The position numbers and the translations under genes were made by a program. Below are positions 24,070 through 34,708 of a stretch of DNA of 64,000 bases, in pieces (positions within the stretch are counted from its first letter, which is position 1; the number at the start of each line of letters is the position of its first letter). Origin of the DNA: Chiloscyllium plagiosum (Eukaryota); assembly GCF_004010195.1 (NCBI RefSeq), contig NC_057719.1, positions 30,815,001-30,879,000 of the forward strand. The letters run 5' to 3'. Below the pieces are notes generated by a model, which ran no database searches, had not been told where the DNA came from, and was given only the letters and a program-made list of their open reading frames with translations.

Positions 24070-25682
24070 AAAAGTGTCCATAATACAGAGGAGGAGGAGA
24101 TACTGGGCAGCTTAAAATGAATAAAGGTGGATTAATCCCCAGTACCTGATCAGGTGTATCTCAGAACTTTGTGGGAAGTTAGGGAAGTGATTGCTGGTCC
24201 CCTTGCTGAAATATTTGCATTATCAATAGCCATGGGAGAGGTGCCAGAGGGCTGAAGGTTGGTTAATATGGTGCCATTATGTAAGAAAGGTGGTAAGGAA
24301 AAGGCAGGGAACTATAGATGGGTGAACCTGACATCAGTGGTGGGGGAGTTGTTGGAGGGGATTCTGAGGGAGAGGATTTACATGTATTTGGAAAAGCAAG
24401 GGCTGATTAAGGACCTGATTAAGGACTGTCAATATGGCTTTGTGCATGGGAATCATGTCGCACTAAATTATTTTTTCTTTGAAGAAGTGACAAAGAGGAT
24501 TGATGAAGGCAGAGCAGTGGACGTTCTCTACCTGAACCTCAGCAAGGCATTTGACAAGGTTCTACAAGGTAGACTGGTTAGCAAGGTTAGATCATATTGA
24601 ATCCAGGGAAAGCTAGCCACTTGGATACAAAATTGGCTTGAAGGTAGGAGACAGAGGGTGGTGCTAGAGGGTTTTTTTCAGACTGGAGGCCTGTGTCCAG
24701 TCGTGTGCTGCAAGGATCGGTCCTGAGTCCACTGCTTTTTGCCATTTATATAAATGATTTGGATGTGAGTATAGGAGGTAAGGTTTGTAAGTTTGCAGAT
24801 GACATCAAAATTGATGGTGTAGTAGGCAGTGAAAAAGTTTATTTCAGAATACAACGGGACCTTGATCAGATGGGCTGATGGGATAATTTAGATAAATGTG
24901 AGGTGCTTCATTTTGGTACGGAAAATCAGGGCAGGTTTTATATACTTAATGGTAGGGTTCTGAGGTGGGTTGCTGAAGAAAAGAGACATTGGAGCGCAGG
25001 CTGATAGTTCCCTGAATGTAGAGTTACATGTAGACAGGGTGGTGAAGAAGGCGTTTGGTACACTTGTCTTTATTGGTCAGTACATTGAATATTAGAGTTA
25101 GGAGAACATATTGCAGCAATACAGGACATCGGTTATGCCACCTTTGGAATATTGTGTGCAATTCTGATTTCCGTGCTATTGGAAAGATGTTGTTAAACTT
25201 GAAAGGGTGCAGAAAAGATTTACAAGAATGTTGTCAGGGTTGGACGGTTTGAGCTATAGGGAGAGGTTGAATAGGTTGGGGTTATTTTCCCTGGAGTGTT
25301 GGAGGCTAAGGGGTGACCTTTCGAGGTCTATAAAATCATCGATATGGTGAATGTCTAAGGGCCTTTTCCCAGGGTAGGGGAGTCCAAAACTAGAGGGCAT
25401 AGATTTAAAGATGAGAGGGGAAAGATATAAAAGGGACCTAAGGGTCAAGATTTTCACACAGAGGGTGGTATGTGTATGGAATGAGAGAGGAAGTGGTGGA
25501 CCTTTGTACAATTAGAATATTTAAAAGGCATCTGGATGGATACATGTTTAGGAAGGGTTTAGAGGGATATGGGCCAAATGCTAGCAAATGGGGCTAGATT
25601 AATTTAGGATATCCAGTTAGTATGGGTGAATTGGACCGAAGGGTCTGTTTCTATGCTGTACAACTCTATGACTCCATGACTA
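24070..25682 (+). mobile_element. CR1 LINE ORF2 (RT) and 3' UTR, decayed
   Basis: GNYRWVNLTSVVG, QYGF, SKAFDKV, QGSVLSPLLF, KFADDIK; (CTATGACT)-type tail. Confidence 0.95.
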
Positions 25683-26224
25683 CACAATTAAACAAAGCCT
25701 GAGATGCTAAACAGCGATAAGCCAGTGTCTCTTTGCTTCTGATGGAAGTTACAAGCAAGCTTCTTGCTCCCTGTTAACTTAGATGACTTCACCATGAAGT
25801 GCGGTGCTAAAGTGCCCTTGAGTCACTACCTGCTTGAAAAGAGCATGCCAAATTTTTAGCAGCTAGCATCACTTGAAGCCAGTCTACATTTCTTAAAGGA
25901 GGGCCCTTGTAGATCCATGGTAATATCTGTGCTTCTGGGCCTGACATTCTGGGCTTATGTCCCAACTGCTCTTAATATGTGCAAACAATTTGATTGAACA
26001 TATCTGCATTTATTAAAGGAGAAGTATGTTGTAACTGCAGCAGATGCTGACAGTCATTCTACAACGGATCCTGATCTGGCAATGATAGAAGAATGGCATA
26101 ACATGGAGGAGAATGGGCTCAGAGATTTTTTGATATCACACTAGAAGACTTGATGTAGGAGATGAAGAGGTGTTGCCATTTATCCACTTGGAGTGATAAT
26201 TAGTGCCTGGAATCTTGCTCCAAG

Positions 26225-27150
26225 GGTTGAGAGTGTGGTGCTGGAAGAGCACAGCATGACAGGCAGCATCCAAGGACCAAGAGAATTGACGTTTCAGGCA
26301 TAAGCCCTTCATCAGGAATGAGGCCTGTGGGCTGGGGGGCTGAGAGATAAATGAGAGGGGGTGGGACTGGGGGGAAGGTCGCTGAGATTGCAATAGGTAG
26401 ATGAAGGTGGGAGAGGAGGTGATAGGTGGGAGAGGAGGTGGAGCGGAATGATGGGAGTGATGATGGATATGTCAAGAGGGCGGTGCTAAGTTGGATGCTT
26501 GGGACTGGGTTAAGGTGGGGGGAGGGGAAATTAGGAAACTAGTGAAATCTGTGTCGTTGCAAGATCCCAAGGTGGAAGATGAGGCGTTCTTCCTCCAGTT
26601 GTCGGGTCGTTAGGGTTTGGCGATGGAGGAGGCCCAGGACCTGCATGTCCTTGGTGGAGTGGGAGGGGGAGTTGAAGTGTTCAGCCACATAGCAGTAGGG
26701 TTGGTTGGTGCAGGTGTTCCAGAGATGTTCTCTGAAACAATCTGCAAATTAGCGTCCTGTCTCCCCGATGTACAGGAGACCACATTGGGAGCAACAGATA
26801 TAGTAGATGACAATTATGGAAGTACATGCAAATTTCTGTTGGCTTTGGAAGGATCCTTTCGGGCCTTGGACTGAGATGAGGGGGGAGGTATGGGCGCACG
26901 TTTTGCCTTCTTGCAGAGGCGGGGAAGGTGCTGGAAGAGGGGTGTGGGCTGTTGGGAGGGGGCGAGATCTGACAAGGGAGTTGCAGATGGAATGGTCTCT
27001 CTGAAACGTTGATAGGGTGGGGAGGGAAATATATCCCTAATGGTGGGGTCTGTTTGTAGGTAATGGAAATGGCAGAGGATGATGCGATGTATATGGAAAT
27101 TGTGGGTGTAAAATGAGAACCAGGTGGGTTCTGTCCTTGTTGCATTGCTT
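26225..27150 (-). mobile_element. Penelope-like element 3' portion (GIY-YIG) with intact hammerhead core
   Basis: VIYYICCSQCGLLYIGETGR...FREHL readable at ~26820-26720; minus strand 26315-26288 CTGATGA-AGGGCTTATGCCT-GAAA-CGTC. Confidence 0.9.
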
Positions 27151-28149
27151 CAAGGATTTGGATACAATGTCGAATGCAGTTCAATGACCAGAATTACCTG
27201 TGATTTAGGTCAGAGAATGTAATTTCAAATGCCATCACCCACCAACTGAAACGTTAGCTTTAGAGGCTGCTCAATGGACTACACCCTGACGATTTACTTG
27301 CAATTTTATTTTGATCACAGCACATGCCTAATATTCATAGCTTCAATTCAAACTTGCACATTTAGAACTGCCATAGGTCTGACACCGACATTGCACGCAT
27401 TATCAATATTCAATCATCATATTGAACCCTTTCATTTGTTGAAGTTTAATGCCCATACATTCTCCAACCCTGTAGACAGGTTTGCTGGTGGGGATATGAG
27501 ACAAGTGTGGAGAATCCACAACCTTCTTATCATTCTCTGATTTACTCAAGGGTGGCAAACCTCAAATACTCAAGTACCTTCCCACTCAGAAATGAATTGA
27601 ACTCTTAACAAGTGACTTAAAGTCCACATTCCACTGTTGCTGGTTGCTGATCAGGCAGGTCCACTCCTGGGAAAACCCTAGCAGATTGACCTGGGCCTGG
27701 TGGAGGAGGGCTATTTCCCTCCTTGCCAGGCTCTCTATGCTTAATGAATGCATCACTGTTGAGGTGGAGGTAGCTTGAGTAAGTTGTCCCTCTTCAAATT
27801 GACACCTCTCCCTCCACTCACTGGGGCCTCCCCTTCTGGATCAGACGAACACAACCCACTCATTATTTTCCTGGGGCTCCAGTGCCAATTCCTGGTTGAG
27901 GATCAATATTCCTGGTATTGCAGCCCATTTGAGAGAGTTACAAGACAGTGAATGATTGGCTCCGCACAGGATTTCCAGAGAAGATTTTCCTCAGGGAAGG
28001 ACCGAGAAGCCTGATGATGGGTGGGTTGATGCGTAATTGGGATTAAATTTGACTGACCTCCTGAACATGGTCTTTGAAAGGTTTCAAACAGTTTTCCAGT
28101 TGCTGGACAGGCCTCACACCCTGACCTTTGATTTCTGCCCACTGACACA

Positions 28150-29330
28150 TTTTCTCTCGCTTTTGAAGAAGGCAAAACATAGCCAGAGGCAGTAGAAGCA
28201 GACTGGTAATTTCTTAACTGGATAGAGGAAACAGTGATCCCTGTCACTGGAGCAGCCATGATGGTGGCTATGACCATCATGATCTCCTAGTCATTCATCA
28301 TCCTTCTTACTCTCCACTCATTCACACTAACTTAGAAACTGCAGAAGGTATAAACCTGCACTTCTTGTTTCCTCCACTTTCTTCATCATGATCACCCTAT
28401 CCTTGTGCCTTTCTCTTTCAAGAACAACAACATAATCAGGCAGTCATGGGAGAGCAAAAACTGAATGAGAAGGAAGACAGATATAATGGAGAAACATTGT
28501 TACTTGGGCTCATATTTGTAGCCACCACCTCAGATAATAGCAGTGTGCACATTTTCAAGGACAACTTAAAGATAGATTTTATATGTTGTGAGACTTGGGT
28601 ATGAGTGACATATCTGGGACAGGGTGTGAACTAGAACAGTTGCTTGAGGGTGATGTTCTGGTGTTAAAGATTTTGGTGTGGGCTTTTATGGGGTGACCTA
28701 CAGAAGGAGGGTAATGTGCATGCAGAAAGAAAAGCTTAATGTTTTGGCAAGACTACTTGAAAGCTTCATTGAGGAGTTCGCACCAACAAAGCGCAGGGCT
28801 TCGTACAGATTTTGAGCCCATATTTTCTGGTGTGGAAGCGATGGCATGAGCAGAATTGCAGGCCCAAGCATGATGCAGCATGATAGTTGATGCCTCAGTT
28901 TCCAGTGCTGCACAAGTACAGGTTTTCCATTGTCTGAGTGCCACTTTGGAACATTAGACTGAAATCCTGCCAGGTCAGCTTGCTGCCACTCAAAATCATA
29001 CTGCTGCAATATACCTGCAGATACCAGTACTCAAAGGACTTGGAAGGTCTGATAGAAGTCCAGCAATTTGTCCTCCAGCATATCCCTACGATTGGTTGAG
29101 TGCTGCTTTGGGATAATGGCAGAAAGGCAGCAATCAGCAGAGCACAAACCTGCTCCCATTTGACAGGAGGAGAACATTCCTTCACTCTGCCAATGTCTTT
29201 GCAGTTTTATATCAGTCATCCAGAATGCTGCTGATCATGCAAATGCTGTAGTCCAAAGCTGGACCTTCTATGGCCCACATTTCCTTAGGGATTTCCTGCA
29301 ACGACATCTGGCAGTCTCCTGCAATGAAAG
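28150..29330 (+). mobile_element. Decayed Harbinger-associated Myb/SANT-like ORF region
   Basis: KKAKHSQRQ*KQTG...EETVIPVTG similar to the segment at 32168-32300. Confidence 0.38.
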
Positions 29331-29334
29331 CGTT

Positions 29335-30802
29335 GAATGGAGTACAGTGCCCAACTCATCGACTGCCAGTTCTGACGTGCCACAGTAAGGAACCGCAATG
29401 ACCTCCTCAGGAGATAGACACGTGCTGCAACCGACAGGGTACCCTTTGTTGTTCAGTATTTCCCAGGAGCTGACAAACTACGCCATGTTCTTCGTGGCCT
29501 GCAACACATTATCAATGAGGATGAGCACCTCACCAAGACCTTCCCCACTCCTCCACTACTTGCCTTTAAACAACCACCAAACCTCAAACAGATCATTGTT
29601 CGTAGCAAGCTGCCCGGCTCTCAGGACAACTCCATACAACCCTGTCACGGCAGGCACTGCAAGACGTGTCAGAGTGTGGACATAGATACCACCATTACGC
29701 GTGGGGACACCTCCCACCTTGTACATGGCAGGTACTCATGTGACTCAGCCAACATTGTCTATCTTATACGTTGCAGGCAAGGATGCCCTGAAGCATGATA
29801 CATTGGGGAAACCGAGCAAAGGCTACGACAACGGATGAATGGGCACCGCACAACAATCAACAGTCAGGAAGGTTCCCTCCCAGTTGGGGAACACTTCAGT
29901 GGTCCAGGACATTCGACCTCGGACCTTTGGGTGACCATCCTCCAAGGTGGACTTCGGGACAGGCAGCAGCGAAATGTGGCCGAGCAGAAGCTGATAGTTA
30001 AGTTCGGTACCCATAGGGAGGGCCTCAACCGGGACCTTGGGTTCATGTCACATTACAGGTGATCACCATTGCACTACACACACACACACAGATACTCCTA
30101 CACACACACTCACTCACACACAAACAGACAGGCACTCCTATACACACATACACACGGATCCACATGTACACAGATGTGCACACAGACACCCACACACACC
30201 CTTACAGATACACACATTCCCACACTCACACATGCACCCCCTCACAGACTTAAGACACTCTACACTCACTACACACACACACACATACACTTTATCACAC
30301 TGACAACCCCCAACCCAGACAGACACACACACACAGACAAAGACCCACATGCACACACATATCTTGTGGGGTGAATTTGTACTTGTAGGGTTACATTGTA
30401 CTTTGCTCAAAAACTGCATGAATTCATGTAAAACTCCATTATCTCACTTTTTAGACTAGCATCAATCTAAACATCATGGCAGAGACAGAGAACACAGGGG
30501 GCTAACGCCTTCAACATATTGTCTAGCTATCACCTAACCTGAGAATGCAACTTTTAAAAAAAGGTTTTGTGATTTACCTATGAAATAAGTGAAACTATCA
30601 TGGTATTCAAACAGATGAAAGACTTAACAATCAATTTTTCAATGTATAATTTCAGTTACATCACACGTTAAATTTTTGCTATAAATTCTGTGTGTTAGGA
30701 TTGAGCCCTCCAGTATCACCTGATAAAGGAGTGACGCTCTGAAGGCTAGTGTGCTTCCAATTAAACCTGTTGGACTATAACCTGGTGTTGTGTGATTTTT
30801 AA
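29335..30802 (+). mobile_element. Penelope-like element, 5'-truncated, full GIY-YIG domain, CA-rich 3' UTR, degenerate hammerhead
   Basis: PCHGRHCKTC...SCDSANIVYLIRCRQGCPEA*YIGETEQRLRQRMNGHR...PVGEHF...AEQKLIVKFGTHREGLNRDLG; CTGATAA...TGAAGGCTA at 30720. Confidence 0.92.
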
Positions 30803-31082
30803 TTTATGCAGTTAATGATTATGGTTCCCATGCTATCATTGTAACTGCTGGGTAAGATTAGTCATTTTCTGAGAAGTTGTTAAAATGGATTGGATTTTGT
30901 CTTTAATTTTTTTAAAATGGTCTAAAAGGGTTCCTGGGCGTTTTCGGCTATAACTCTGAGGAATGCAAGAAAGATTGAAAAACAAGTTAACCTACTCTAA
31001 TGCCATTGTAATAGACATTCAGCAGGGAAACACACCTAACTCTTTTGCAAAAGAGAGGATAAAATTGCTCAGAGAACTGGTT

Positions 31083-31268
31083 GAAAATGTGTTGCTGGAA
31101 AAGCGCAGCAGGTCAGGCAGCATCCAAGGAACAGGAGAATGATTCCTGAAGAAGGGCTTATGCCTGAAACGTCGATTCTCCTGTTCCTTGGATGCTGCCT
31201 GACCTGCTGCGCTTTTCCAGCAACACATTTTCAGCTCTGATCTCCAGCATCTGCAGCCCTCACTTTCT
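31083..31268 (+). mobile_element. 186-bp hairpin PLE-derived mini-element with 15-bp TSD
   Basis: Perfect 59-bp inverted repeat 31082-31140 / 31175-31233; CTCAGAGAACTGGTT at 31068-31082 and 31269-31283. Confidence 0.92.
31146..31173 (+). ncRNA. Minimal type I hammerhead ribozyme core
   Basis: CUGAAGA-A-GGGC(UUAU)GCCU-GAAA-CGUC: CUGANGA box, stem II, GAAA box, palindromic ACGU in place of stem III, GUC cleavage triplet. Confidence 0.75.
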
Positions 31269-31619
31269 CTCAGAGAACTGGTTATATGGCACACGAGAGG
31301 ATTCCAACTTCCAGGCTGGGGGTACAATTGATTTCCATGTCTCGCTTATTTGTTCATCCTCTTGGAATCAATGTATGGCTATGTACATAGCACCCAGGAA
31401 AGAAGGTATTTTGCATTTGTGATTCACAGAATCTTTATAGTTACATTGGTGAGCTTAGAAACATAAAAGGTATCGTTAATATGGAGTAAGGTTGATTTCA
31501 TGGTCACATTCAATCATGGTCCCTGACGTCAAGGATTCTTTCAAATTGATTTTCATTTACATCCATGTAGTCTTTGAAAATCAATGAAGTTGTTGCAGAG
31601 CAATTGTGACTTATCTAGA

Positions 31620-33290
31620 CATGCTTGGGATGGAGAATCAAATTTGTGAACTGGTTTAGGGAGGCTCACATGAGGCATCTATCCATCCAAGTTAAGCAGA
31701 CCTTTTACCTTTCATCATCTTGGAGTAAAGTGCCTTGCATTCATGGTTCAGCCTGCATGTCTGTACATACCCTTCACAACACACCATTGTACCTGCCTCC
31801 AAAGCAATGCTAATTTATCTGTTGAAGCTGACAAATATTCAGAAGTCACCAATGTTTAAGGGCTTATACTTAAAGGCACTTCACTCATTATAAGCCAGAA
31901 ACTCCACTTCTTCACTCATTATAAGCCAGAAACTCCACAACAGCTCCAGCCACAAGGATCTGTACTCATTATTAGATTACTAGTCCAGAGACATTATCTC
32001 TGCACCACCACCTCCTCACCATGCTGACAGTCTTCTAATGCTTCCTGGGCACTGCTCTGCCTGTTCACTGTCTAGGCAGTGCTCACCACCTAGCAGGGCT
32101 ATTCATGCTCATCAAGTGTCCAAGTGCACATTCCTACCTCAGTCAACCCTTCTCTTCCTCTCACTGCAAGAAAACCTGGCGCATAACAGGAAGGAGAAAG
32201 TCCAGATTGGTGGAAGCCTTTCTGATCATTACATCTTCATCACATCTGAGGAAGATGCAGTTCAATTGGCTGGTGAGGATTTGAGAGAGTGGAATAGCTG
32301 AAGCGAGTGAGCAACATTGTTGCTTACTCTTTTCGGAAGTGGAATCACTCTTACACACTCCTCCACATACCAACTCCCTTATCAACTAACTTGCTTTTTT
32401 CTCTTCTACAACATAAGCAGTGTTCCTCCAGTAAAATGAAAGTGCACACAGTGGCTCCCTGTACAAGCACCTCTTAAAATATTGTTTGGGATATTTTACC
32501 TCCATCAGCACAGATATTGTCACCTTCATGACTATCCTGACTAGAGTAGACCAGGGGATGCAATCTGCTGACCACATCATTGACACATGTCTGCAGCTAC
32601 TGGAGAAAGAAATACCTGAGGACTCTGATGTTCAAGGACATCCAGAGACTAGGCACCTGCCCAGTCCCACCCATACGATGCCATTCTACTCAGCCATAAG
32701 TCACATGGTCAACCTGCAAAGACAGATCCGGCAGAGATTCTGAAGGCCTTCACGACACTACAGTGAAGGATGGAACAGTCCATCTATCTTCAGCCTGTCC
32801 TGGTGCAAGTACATGCAAATGCTTAGCTGCCTCCTTGGAATCAGTGGCTGTCATGTTAGAAACTCATGTCCAGTCGAGCCTGAGTTCAGTGGCTGTCAGG
32901 AATGTGTTCAGGCCTGCATCATTGCTCTAGCCATGAGTAATCAATGTCAATGTCAAAATAAGAGTGGAATGAGGCACCTTGGCTTCACTCCAGGTTCCTC
33001 TGCTTCTCAAAAAGACAAGTATGTGCCATCAGCCATGTACAGACAGCAGAACGAACAGACAGAGAACCTGGGAGTTTCATCTCAGTGCACTCTACGGGTG
33101 ACACACCCTGTACCTTTCCTCAATCAGTAATTCCATTGCCTGCAGCTGGTTAGGCCAAGGTGGTGTACCTGTATTTCTGTAGGAGATTCTCACCATCATA
33201 GGATGCCCTGCAAAGCCAGGCCACAATTAATGCCAAAAGTATCTTCATAATCACCAGGATTTACCATTCAGCAGGTTCCATCCACCTCAG
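31620..33290 (+). mobile_element. Decayed Harbinger-associated Myb/SANT-like gene
   Basis: ENLAHNRKEKVQIGGSLSDHYIFITSEEDAVQLAGEDL after a pyrimidine tract resembles the KxAHNRxExxxTGGG...LTxxEE segment of NAIF1/MSANTD-like Harbinger partners; downstream coiled-coil-like remnant. Confidence 0.5.
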
Positions 33291-33399
33291 TTATCCTCCA
33301 ACATGGCGGTGGAGTAGGAAACTCCAGCCAGAGCTCGTCCCCTCTATCCGTTCTTCTCCTTTTTCTTCTCTTTTCTTCCTTTTAGTGCTGCTTTTAACC

Positions 33400-34095
33400 T
33401 TCTTCTCTCACAGCCTCTGATGTTTCCCAGCACTCTGGTGACGACTCCTGGACTCTGACAATGACTCTGGCCCCTGGTGATGACTCCCAGAGTGGCCTCA
33501 TGGCTTGGCATGATGACCTCCCTGTCTGGTGCAGCGGCCTCCAGGCAAGGTGTGGTGACCTCTTGGCCTCCTGCAGCAGTGTCCTCCCATTGTGGCCTCC
33601 CACAGCGGCTTCCTGGTGTGGTGACTCCTGACCTGGCATAGCAGCCTCCCACAGTGACCTTCCAGCATGGTGTGGTGACCTCCCAGCTTCCAGCAGTGGC
33701 CTCCCAGTGTGGTGACCTTCTGACCTGGCAAAGCAGCCTCCAACGGTGACCTCCCAGCATGGTGTGGCGACCTTCCAGCTTCCCTCAGTGGCTTCCTGGT
33801 GTGACGTGATGAATCTCTTGAACCCCCACTGTGGCCTCCCGGCGTGGTGACCTCCTGACCTGGCACAGCAGCCTCTTGCAGCAGCCTCCCTGGCATAATG
33901 ATCTCTCGGACTCCCGCAGCAGGTTCCCAGAGTGACTCGGTGACCTTCTGGCCTGACTGAGGAGCCTCTTCCTGCAGTGGCCTCCTGGGGTGTCATGGCA
34001 ACCTTCTGGCCTGGCGTATCAGCTTCCCTACCTATAGCAGTGGCCTCCCAGTGTAGTGTCCTTGGCTGAGCTTGGTGTCCACGGCCCAGCGTGGT
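33400..34095. repeat. GC-rich degenerate minisatellite with ~91 bp higher-order unit
   Basis: Recurrent GTGGTGACCTCC / GTGGCCTCCCAG monomers; 33618-33708 repeated at 33709-33800. Confidence 0.85.
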
Positions 34096-34398
34096 GATTA
34101 GATTAGATTACTTATAGTGTGGAAACAGGCCCTTTGGCCCCAACAAGTCCACATCGACTCTCTGAAGAGCAACCTACCCAGACCCATTCCCCTACATTTA
34201 CCCCTTCACCTAACACTCAATTCACCTAATCTGCACATTTTTGGACTGTGGGAGGAAACCGGAGCACCCGGAGGAAACCCATGCAGACACGGGGAGAATG
34301 TGCAAACTCCACACAGAGAGTCACGTGAGGTGGGAATTGAACTCAGGTCCCTGGCATTGTAAGACAGCAGTGCTAACCACTGTGCTACCGTGCCGCCC
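34096..34398 (-). mobile_element. HE1-like tRNA-derived SINE
   Basis: GGGCGGCACGGTAGCACAGTGG head, GAGTTCAATTCC B box, (TAATC)n tail. Confidence 0.9.
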
Positions 34399-34537
34399 TT
34401 AATCAACACTGGCAACTCTTCGAAGGTTTTGATGTCAGATACCTCTGGGAAACCCAAGCCCCTTGTAACGAAAGATTCAGCAGGTCTACGCACAGTCAGA
34501 AGAATCACTCATTGCTTTTCATCTGCCCCAAAGTCAT
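34397..34537 (-). repeat. Inverted copy of Gypsy gag segment 35273-35413
   Basis: 141 bp, about 10 mismatches by eye, no indels. Confidence 0.9.
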
Positions 34538-34708
34538 CTGAATGTGATCTGAAGTGATATCCCAGTTTTGTGGTCCTCAAGGTGATATCTGGCATGATGT
34601 GGAGCCAGGGCCTGTTGTGGACTGAAAGCTAGATATCATTGTGGTCTGTTGTCTGAACTTTTATCTCTGCAATGCTGGACATTTTATTTCTGTATTGTCT
34701 AAGATCTT

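Noticed and set aside
30037..30419. His/Thr-rich ORFs (also 13239-13527)
   Set aside because: Translations of (CA)n-rich PLE 3' UTR
31879..31938. 31-bp period direct duplication
   Set aside because: Simple local slippage with no further structure
33400..34095. CRISPR-like array or repetitive protein gene
   Set aside because: No constant repeat with unique spacers; eukaryotic context; ORFs explained by GC-rich, stop-poor units
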